The position numbers and the translations under genes are program-made. 64,000 nucleotides of DNA. Source: Octopus vulgaris. Its lineage: Eukaryota. Below are positions 53,881 to 64,000 of this stretch, piece after piece. The first letter of the stretch is position 1. Each line of letters begins with the position of its first letter. Location of the stretch: the NCBI GenBank assembly GCA_951406725.2, contig OX597821.1:116808001-116872000 (forward strand), read 5' to 3'. The notes below the pieces were generated by a model. It was given only the letters and a program-made list of their open reading frames with translations. It did no database searches and had not been told where the DNA came from.

Positions 53881-54936
53881 CATGAGAGCCACTACATCAG
53901 AGCAAGCCACTAAACAGGTGAGATACCAAGCAACTGAAAAAATTATTTATCAGTCATAAGAAAAAAAAAACATCTTTTTATAAAATTTATAATAAAAACG
54001 AATGAATAAGATTGTATTTACGGGGAGAGGAATTTACGTAATTTCACTTATTTTGTGAAATTTTCCATTTCACTTATTTTGGAGCTGCCAGGAATTTGCT
54101 CTACATATTTGTTCCAATAACAATGGGTAATTGTTGTTTTGAGATACCACATTGCTCTAATCTTTATCTCCAAACTCTACATTTTTATCATTATGTACGC
54201 GAGTATTTTGCTGTCGTGCACTGTCTACTTCCATATTGTTTGTACGTGGGTCACATATTGGCAATAAGAAAGGCAGACGATACTCCTTAACTAAAATGAA
54301 CAATCAGATCGTCGTGGTAGGTAGAGATCATTTATTTATCTTTCATAATCAATTTTTTGTAGAGAAGGCTTAGCTGAAACCCCAAAGTCGCTGTTCAACC
54401 TGTGACATATGTTCACAGTGAACATATGTCACCTTCTCTATTTTGGATAACTATAAAATGCATTGATGATCAATGTATATTTGAAATAACATATCCTGGA
54501 TGAGGTTGCATTTAATATTGCGCTCAGCCAATGCTTTGCAAACAGACGAACAGCCTGAAATATAACGGAATAGTTTGCCATTCTTCTCTTTAGCTTTGGA
54601 AAGACAAACAAGAATTGTATCTATGTTCTTCTTCCGACGTCTTGGTGTTGAATAAGATTTAAGTTTAAAACCATTTTAATTCTGTGAAAGAGGACGATTG
54701 ATCAGTCCAGTAGCGTAGCAAGAGGCGGGCCGGTCTATTTTAAGGGATGGAGTGAACCCAGTACTTAACTGGTACTTTATTTTATCGACCCCGAAAGAAT
54801 GAAAGGCAAAGTTGACCTCGGCGGGATTTGAAATCAGAATATATAGAGCCGAAAGAAATAACGCTAAGCATTTTATCCGATGTGCTAACAACTCTGCCAG
54901 TTCGTCGCCATTTATATGTATGTATGTATGTATGCA

Positions 54937-54975
<39 letters not shown>

Positions 54976-55125
54976 CCATGATAACTAAGCACTAAAGTCC
55001 GTTAAAGCTGATTCTCTTTGGTTGCACATCTCAGTGAATTCCCACCTAACAAGTGGCAACAGTTTTGAAGTTGATTGAACGAAACCTTTTACTACGTGTT
55101 ATTACTTATGAATAAATAATGCAGA

Positions 55126-55237
<112 letters not shown>

Positions 55238-55242
55238 CCTAT

Positions 55243-55409
55243 AGGCGCAGGAGTGGCTATGTGGTAAGTAGCTTGCTTACCAACCACATGATTCTGGGTT
55301 CAGTCCTACTGCGTGGCACCTTGGGCAAGTGTTTTCTACTATAGCCTCGGGCCGACCAAAGCCTTGTGAGTGAATTTGGTTGACGGAAACTGAAAGAAGC
55401 CTGTCGTGA

Positions 55410-55442
<33 letters not shown>

Positions 55443-55672
55443 TGTATGTATGTATGTATGTATGTATGTATTTGTGTGTGTGTTTGTCCCCCCTCCATCA
55501 CTTGACAACCGATGTTGGTGTGTTTACGTCCCCGTAACTTAGCGGTTCGGCAAAAGGGATCGATAGAATAAGTACTAGGCTTGCAAAGAATAAGTCATGG
55601 GGTCAATTTGTTCGACTAAAGGCGGTGCTCCAGCATGGCTGCAGTCAAATGACAGAAGCAGGTAAAAAGAGA
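55243..55672 (+). mobile_element. SINE family A, full length
   Basis: tRNA-like head, internal (TATG)n(TG)n and 3' module. Confidence 0.9.
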
Positions 55673-55720
55673 ATCTATACATATATGTATATATATATAT
55701 ATGTATGTATACACACACAC

Positions 55721-55753
<33 letters not shown>

Positions 55754-55968
55754 AGTGAAGTAGTTCTTTTTTGAAAATGACTATGGAGCAAATGGTATGT
55801 ACTGCAGTTTCTGTTCATCATATTTTTTAAACTGTCTGTCCGTCTGTCTGTCTATCTCTCTCTCTCTCTCCCTCACTCTCTGTCTTTCTCTCACGCACAC
55901 ATAAATATACACGTGTATGTATATATATACACACACACACATAAATATGCACGTATATATACATAGAC

Positions 55969-56033
<65 letters not shown>

Positions 56034-56467
56034 CCGTATCTTCGGGGAGGCTGATCTCCCTTTGCAGGCCAGCAAGGACACCGTGATGGTGTCGGCTCTT
56101 CTGGTGACGTCAATAGTCGCCTGGGGCTAAATGCATCAGTAACACCCCACCACCCCGCCCTGTCCCTAGCCACATTCAGATGGCTGATCCCGCTTATATT
56201 ATATATATATATATATTTATATATATGTATGTATGTATGTATTCTCACACACATCAATATCTTCAAAAATGTCAACATATATTTTTATATATTTATCTTT
56301 ATATAATTTTCTCTCCGTTTGGGAGGGTCCGTTTTATCATTTCTCTGGATAATAATATCATTTTAATGGTTTGCATAAAGAAATACTTTCGCCAATATAT
56401 CCTGCGAAATATTTCTAATATGCGTAAAATGTGTGTATGTATGTATGTATGTATGTATGTATGTATG

Positions 56468-56570
56468 TCATCATTCAGTTTTATTTCGAGATTTCTTGCC
56501 AATAGAGAAAGAACCGGTTTCTAAACTAGATCAAAGGTTACTTCATTGAAATTTCAACATCAACAACAGG
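56468..56570 (-). mobile_element. (TATG)n-embedded short element
   Basis: Homologous to 28794-28896. Confidence 0.8.
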
Positions 56571-57191
56571 GTACGTTTGTTTGTATGTATGTATGCATGC
56601 ATGTATGCATGTATGCATGTATGCATGTATGTATGTATGTATGTATGTATGTATGTATGTATGTATGTATGTATGTATGTATGTATGAATGTATGTATGT
56701 ATGTATGTATGTATGTATGTAGGTAGGTAGGTAGGTAGGTAGGTAGGTAGGTAGGTAGGTAGGTAGGTAGGTAGGTAGGTAGGTAGGTATGTCTGTCTGT
56801 CTTATATTTATAATTATTTATTTGAAGTGTTCCTGTGAGGAAGGGGCTGGTTTCTTACAAAGATGCATAGCTCTGTCATTGGAATGAAAATATCAAAAAC
56901 AAATTCACGTTTTAAACTTGAGTAAAGTCTTGTATACTTTTACTGTTCCGCTTACCGATTGTACTCGTAATGTGTGTGTCAGCAGGTTGATTCCTTTCTC
57001 TGAAAACTCCAGTTTTCTGGATTGTCCAAATTAGGCATTTACCCACAAAGACAAATGCATCAATAAATATTGGAATTGGCCTACGTGGTGTTGGGGCAGA
57101 TGTTTTCAAGAAATAGTTTAGCCTTCAGCTGTCCAAGATCCCAGATGAACCTACAACACGGTAAGAAACTCAAAAGTGGGCAGCAATATCA

Positions 57192-57587
57192 GTGGAGGCG
57201 CAATGATCCAATGGTTAGGGCAGCGGACTAGCGGTCGGAGGATCGCGGTTTCGATTCCCAGACCGGGCGTTGTGTGTGTTTATTGAGCGAAAACACCTGA
57301 AGCTCCACGAGGCTCCGAAAGGGGGGTGGGGTTGCGACCTCTGTTGTACTCTTTTGCTCCAGCTTTCTCTCACTCTTTCTTCCTGGTTCTTGTCTCCGAC
57401 ATCCTACGCAACCGTTGAGCTTGGATGTGCATTCATCCATCTGTCGATGCTCTCGGTGTCGGGGGTTGACCTGCTTTCTCTTCTGCGGGTCTTACGAATA
57501 GCAAAGGCCCACGTTTCGGACTTCTCCCACTACAGAGGCGCGATCTTGCGAGCTCTGGGACGAAGACCGCTTCGCTCAACAGCAACA
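57192..57587 (+). mobile_element. SINE family C, tail 2, with TSD
   Basis: 12-bp TSD gcagcaatatca at 57180-57191 and 57588-57599. Confidence 0.9.
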
Positions 57588-58156
57588 GCAGCAATATCAA
57601 GCTCTCTTCTTCACCATAAACCTAACCACATGAGAATTTCCATTGAAAAAGTGATGATGATACTGGTGCCTCAACATGACCACAACCTTTGAACCGAAAC
57701 GCATAAAAGAATAGGTATGCATACAGGTTCGCTTGTATATACGCATATTTTATTTAAGTTCTTAAGAGAGTTCAAGTTGGTCGCTAAAAAAGTGACAAGA
57801 CTTTTTCAGTCAAGAGAGTTCCCGGTGTTTGTAAATATGTTGTTGAGTCGGTGTAGCGTTTGAACCCTCGATGCAGACACCCAAGTGTTTTTGTGCATCT
57901 ATTCACCTAAAGAATTTCAGATGGAGAATCTTCGGAATGTCTTACACATTTTCGTTGTGCCACAAATAAATTGAATCTGGAGAATCCACGCCAGTTTCTT
58001 TTGCTCTTTCAAGGCTTTCTGTAAATTTGAAGGTATCTAGCCTAATGCACCTCTGATGGTAGCTACGAATGAGAATTGGCTACAAAATAAGGAAAAAAGG
58101 AGATTGAATTATTAAAATATGCATTAGGCACTTCAATATTATTAAATTCTATAAGA

Positions 58157-58840
58157 AGGTGGTGAGCTGGCAGAATCGTTAGCACGCCGGATGACGTGCT
58201 TAGCGGTATTTCGCCTGTCTTTACGTTCTGAGTTCAAATTCCGCCGAGGTCGACTTTGCCTTTCATCGCCTCGGAGACGATAAAATAAGTACTAGTTGCG
58301 TACAGGCGTCGATCTAATCGACTGGCCCCCTCCCCCAAAATTTCGGGCCTTGTGCCTAGAATAGAAAAGAATATTATTAATTTACATTAGGCGGCTTGCT
58401 GGCAGAAACGTTAGCATGCCGGGCGAAATGCCTAGCGGTATTCCGTCTGTCTTTACGTTCTGGGTTCAAAATCTGCCGAGGTCGACTTTGCCTTTCATCC
58501 TTTCGGAGACGATAAAATAAGTACTAGTTGCGTTCTGGGATCGATCTAATTGACTGGCCCTCTCCCCCAAAATTTCGGCCCTTGTGCTCAGAATAAAAAA
58601 GAATATAATTAATTTCTATGAAGGCGGCGAGTTGGCAGAATCGTTAGCATGCCGGACAAAATGCTTAGTGGTATTTCGTCTGTCTTTACGTTCTGGGCTC
58701 AAATTTCACCGTGGTCAACTTTACCTTTCATCCTGTCGGGGTTGATAAAATAAGCACCAGTTGAACACTGGGGGTCGATGTAATTGACTTACCCCCTCCC
58801 ACGAACTTGCTGCCCATGGGTCAAAATTTGAAACCATTAT
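58157..58840 (+). mobile_element. Three head-to-tail SINE-B copies
   Basis: About 230-bp units separated by AT-rich attattaatt spacers. Confidence 0.9.
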
Positions 58841-59664
58841 TAGTAATTTCTACAGAATTATTATACTTACTAATCAACAAGTTGAAGAAGAAAGACAGGA
58901 TCGATTGGTCGACTTACAGGATTGGAACCGCCATATACAATTTTGTCTGAATTTCAGAAGGGAATAACAATCATTCTCTTGTGTAATCGATAACATAATT
59001 TGATAGACACACGTGAGCGTTCTGCATGCTAAATACAAATATGGGACAATCTCAGTTTGTTTTTATTTTTTTAAGCCTGGAAGAAAGCCCATAGCCTTTG
59101 TAGGCTTCCTTATAATGCAGGGAATCGGAAAATGTCGGTTATCTAAGATTATTCATGTAATTAATAGATAAAAATTCCATCCAGGGTTTTTTTTTTCAAT
59201 AAATAAAAACGAAACAATGGAAGCAGCTTCCATAAAATTACATTAAATTTTGAAATTAGATGAGTGAGAGGGAAGGAGGGAGGGAAAGTATCTGGCCCGA
59301 ATACCTACAACATAGTGGTCCCCGTTAAAGGCCCCGAGGTGCCATGTGGTGGCATTAAACCGGGTGATAGATCAAGGCTACAAGCCGGGTAGGCCACGGT
59401 GGGATATGAACTCAAAGCGCAAAGAGCCGCAACGGACATTGCAAGGCATCCAGGCCAACGTCCATACATTTCCGCCAATCCAATACGCTGGCTGGGTATT
59501 TATTTATTTTTTTTTTTATCGATCCTGAAAGAATGACCTCGGCGGGATTTGAACTGATAGCGTACTGAACTAGAACGAATATCTCAGGGCATGACACTGT
59601 CGGACATCCCGTCCAGTTCTGTCCAGTCCTGTCCTGTCCACTGCTCCGGTATAGTGTGATTTAA

Positions 59665-59895
59665 GGCGGCGAGCTGGCAGAAACGTTAGCATGCCGGGCG
59701 AAATGCTTAGCGGTATTTCGTCTGCCGCTACGTTCTGAGTTCAAATTCCGCTGAGGTCGACTTTGCCTTTCATCCTTTCGGGGTCGATTAAATAAGCACC
59801 AGTTACACACTGGGGTCGATCTAATCGACTTAATCCGTTTGTCTGTCCTTGTTTGTCCTCTCTATGTTTAGCCCCTTGTGGGTAGTAAAGAAACA
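59665..59895 (+). mobile_element. SINE family B, full length
   Basis: Head to tail, flanked by the direct repeat ggtatagtgtgat. Confidence 0.9.
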
Positions 59896-60480
59896 GGTAT
59901 AGTGTGATATGAAATGATTTGGTTAAATTTCCTAGCAGATCTAGACAACGAGATGACAGAATCATTATCACGTCAGACAAAATTCCAAGCAGTATTCCTT
60001 CCGTCTTACGTTCCAGAGTTCAAATATCGCCGAAATCATCTTTGCCTTACGTATATTCAAGGTCGATAAAATAAGTACCAATTGAGTACTTGGCTTAGTG
60101 AAATCGATATATACCTCCTCTCAAAACTGTAGGCCTTGAACCGAAAATTAGCAAGAACTATTATTAGATCTATCATAGTAACTACATTCCCGACCAGCCA
60201 TTGTTGGTACAAAATTGTGTTGACTAAGGTAAATTTGAAAGAGCACCGAATGTTTCAAGGACGGTTCTTTTGACTCCCATTTAATTCTGTTTCACGAGTC
60301 CCCTGTCAAATAAAAGATTGGCTTTCACAAATATGTTTATTGTTTATAAATAATATAAAAACATATCGGAGAATTATTAACATATGAAGAAACGGAAGCC
60401 TATACTGTTTATGGTTAATTCCTTCCAGACTAAGGCATGCCATGCTTAGTACACCAACACACACACACACATCTATATAT

Positions 60481-60551
<71 letters not shown>

Positions 60552-61068
60552 TGTGTGTGTATACACACATACATATATATGTATATGTATATATGTATAT
60601 GTATATATATATGTATGTATAATATACATACACATATATACACACACATATATATACACACATATACATACATATATACATATATACATATATGTATATA
60701 TATATATCCCAGACAAAGATTACGTAAGTTAAACGAGAATGCTTTTAAGTAGTTGCTCGACCTGGGAGAAATAAAAGGCTAAAAGTCCCTCGTAGCGCAC
60801 ATTCTGAGATAAGAGTACCTTCTCAGAAAGGAAATGACTAGTTAGAAGAAGAAGAAGAAGAAGAAGAAGAAGAAGAAGAAGAAGAAGAAGAAGAAGAAGA
60901 AGAAGAAGAAGACACTGTGATAGAAAAAGGAAGATCGAATAGAGGTTACAGCAATATCTTCCAACATAATTCTGCTAAATATGAGCTGGCCTAGGGCTAA
61001 ACAAAACAACACCACTAACTTAAATTCACACACGCACGTGCGCGTGTGTATGTATGTATGCATGTATG

Positions 61069-61221
61069 TCATTATTCAGTTTATTTCAAGATTTCTTGTC
61101 AATAGAGAAAGAACCTGTCTCCAACATAGATCCAAGGTTCCCCGCCCCACACTGGAATTTCAACATCAAAAACAGGATATTTTTGTATGTATGTATGTAT
61201 GCAAGAATACATGCATGCATG

Positions 61222-61255
<34 letters not shown>

Positions 61256-62095
61256 TGTATGTATGTATGTATGTATGCATGCATGCATGTATGTATGCAT
61301 GTATGTATGTATATGCATGCATGCATGTATGCATGCATGCATGCATGTATGTATGTATGCATGTATGTATGTATGTATGTATGTATGTATGTATGTATGT
61401 ATGTATGCATGCATGCATGTATGTATGCATGTATGTATGTATGCATGTATGTATGTATGTATGTATGTATGTATGCATGCATGCATGTATGTATGCATGT
61501 ATGTATGGATGCATATATATATATGCATGCATGTATGTATGTATGCGTGCATGCATGCATATATATATGCATGTATGTATGCATGCATGCATGTATGTAT
61601 GTATACATGCATGTATGCATGTATGTATGCATGCATGCATGTATGTATGCATGTATGTATGGATGCATGCATGCATGTATGTATGTATGTATGTATGTAT
61701 GCATGTATGTATGTATGTATGTATGTAGGTATGTATGCATGTATGTATGGATGCATGCATGCATGTATGTATGTATGTATGTATGTATGTATGTGTGTAT
61801 GTGTGTATGTGTGTATGTATGTATGCATGTATGTATGTATGTATGTATGTATGTATGTATGTATGTATGTAGGTATGTATGCATGTATGTATGGATGCAT
61901 GCATGTATGTATGTATGTATGTATGTATGTATGTATGTATGTATGTATGTGTGTATGTGTGTATGTATGTATGCATGCATGCATGCATGTATGTATGTAT
62001 GTATGTATGTATGTATGTATGTATGTATGTATGTGTGTATGTATGTATGTATGCATGCATGCATGTATGTGTGTATGTATGAATGTGTGTATGTA
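61069..62095. repeat. (TATG)n-embedded element (61069-61176) followed by a ~900-bp compound (TATG/CATG)n microsatellite
   Basis: Directly visible; it explains the 300-370 aa ORFs. Confidence 0.93.
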
Positions 62096-62479
62096 AGCTA
62101 GCAGAATCGTTAGCACGTCCGGCAAAATACTTTATGGCATTCCTTCCGGCTCTTTCTTCCAACGAAGTCTGTTTTGCCTTTCGTTCTTTCAGGATGCAAC
62201 GTATTGGCGCTCCGCTTGTCAGGGAATATTGAGATCTCGATCACTTATAAGTCATGGAGATCGAGTAATCAGCTTTATGGGTGCTAAGACCCCCCACCAA
62301 AATATAAAAAGATGAATAAGTACGCGTTTGTGTTTGTGTTTTCATATATACGTGCATAAACATATACACATACATACATTCCTGCACCCTTGCACACACA
62401 TACACACACGGGAATGCTGGTGAAGTCTGTGTCTGACATTTCCTCCTCACCTAAGGAAGTGTAATGAATGCTGTGCGAT

Positions 62480-63020
62480 TACTTGTTTGCATTGCTAGAT
62501 GGGTGGTCAGTAGAAGTGGCCTCTCCTACATTACTAATTCCGTAACAACATCTTTTCGTCGAAGCCTCCGGTTACTATAGAGCTTGCTGGTTGGGTAGAC
62601 TGGGTTCATTAGCCTTGGTTGATAACCGGCGAAAGGAAAAACAATTCAGACTCCAGTCCCTCGCAGATGGGATTCGCTGGTTTCTACCTTCTGGTCACCT
62701 GTCTAGAAAAAGAAAAATCTGATGTAAAATCAACGATCCAAGAACCCCACTATCCGCGTTCCAGATTGCTTGGTCATGGCAGATGAAGCTTGGGTACATA
62801 GGACGGAGCCAATTCAGTACCCACTGCACTCCATCTAAAAAAAGTCCTTTATGCAGACCGGAGAACATGCCTATGTCTACGACCATCTTTTCACTCCATC
62901 CACTGCCACAACTGAACATACCAATTAACAACCTCAGACTCCAGTTCCTTTTGACTTGGCCTACATCTCCAATTCTTCTAATAAGATTCATGATTTTTGC
63001 CTCGTACTTGTAAATTCAAT
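62480..63020. mobile_element. Possible degraded RTE-type LINE pieces
   Basis: Weak resemblance to an RTE 5' UTR (plus strand) and to the GHVLR region (minus strand). Confidence 0.35.
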
Positions 63021-63815
63021 CCAAAAATCAACTTCTGCTATCCGATCATGCAAGAGTTTAAATGGTATCCGAATCTGTGACAGTTACTTCGTGTACTGAA
63101 ATCGGTTCACCCATAATTAAATATCCCCAAGAAGTTAGCTAGACAGGGCCTGTAATTACGTCTGAGGGTATTTGTAAATTATAGAAACGTGAAAAGCAAA
63201 TCGATCAATATAATAAAAGTTAGTGTCTCTCAAAGATGAATAGATTAACTGATAATCCTTTAAGATTCTGCCTAACACCTGACATCAAACCAATAATTCA
63301 AATTTCCATGTCGTTGAATAAACATCGGTGTAAACATCAACTTTTATGTTCCTTTTGCTTTAAATTTTCTTTTGCAAGCAAATTATATTAATTCTCTTGC
63401 CTTTTCAAACGAGTAGAAGCAACATCAAATGATCTCTCACGGCACACGCTACCGTCTTAAAACTGGAAGGACACATCAGATAATGAGTCGTAGATATACT
63501 GTAACTGAGAAATGTTGGTGTGTTCTAGGATAGAACAGCTTTCGTCATAGAAGTACTTGATCAGATCTAAATCGGCCTAAACAGCAACGTCTTAATGATC
63601 TTAATAGTCATAGCGGTGCCTGTTATAATTCCATTCACATCTGAAGCGTTTTAGTGGAGAAGCAAAACTTAGCCAAAGTTTTGGTTTGCTAAACCCAGAT
63701 CCTATTAAATATTAGTGCTATGAACTAGAACTGACCAACTAGAATCGACTCCACGTTACTTCACTGGTGTGCCATCGTATTTGTATGTATGTATGTATGT
63801 ATGTATGTATGTATG

Positions 63816-63846
<31 letters not shown>

Positions 63847-63919
63847 GTATGTATGTATGTATGTATGTATGTATGTATGTATGTATGTATGTATGTATGT
63901 ATGTATGCATGTATGTATG

Positions 63920-64000
63920 TCATTATTCAGTTTATTTCGAGATTTCTTACTAATAGAGAAAGAACCAGCTTCTAACCAAGATCCAAGGCTCCTTCATTGG
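63920..64000 (-). mobile_element. (TATG)n-embedded short element, cut by the window end
   Basis: Homologous to 28794-28896. Confidence 0.8.

Noticed and set aside
58157-58840. CRISPR-like repeat/spacer array
   Set aside because: The units are ~230-bp SINEs in a eukaryotic context, with no unique spacers or cas genes.
60981-62162. Long ORFs (300-370 aa) and the many YI/HT/CV/MYVC ORFs across the window
   Set aside because: They are translations of stop-free microsatellites, open in several frames on both strands.

Overview
AT-rich eukaryotic DNA dominated by microsatellites and transposon debris. The tRNA-headed SINE families and the microsatellite load look like an Octopus (coleoid cephalopod) genome; this is inferred from recalled repeat sequences, not a database search. 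I recognise no intact protein-coding gene, and nearly all listed ORFs are microsatellite artefacts. Recognisable content: a dead Penelope-like retroelement (PLE; RT plus C-terminal GIY-YIG) split by a mariner MITE, about 40 SINE copies from 4 modular families, two non-autonomous Helitrons, mariner/Tc1/pogo/hAT relics, R4/Dong-, RTE- and CR1-type LINE fragments, and a possible solo LTR. The most interesting hidden layer is RNA structure. About 10 minimal type-I hammerhead ribozyme (HHR) motifs occur, several with non-canonical or covariant cores (U3-A8, A6U), including a 514-bp fold-back element with one hammerhead in each arm. Also notable: a perfect 52-bp inverted repeat pair 6.3 kb apart inside otherwise diverged flanks, a composite SINE+RT unit under a single TSD, a short element confined to (TATG)n arrays, and two tentative spliced transcripts diverging from a CRE/AP-1/TATA region near 17.2-17.4 kb. 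Coordinates of degraded repeats are approximate.
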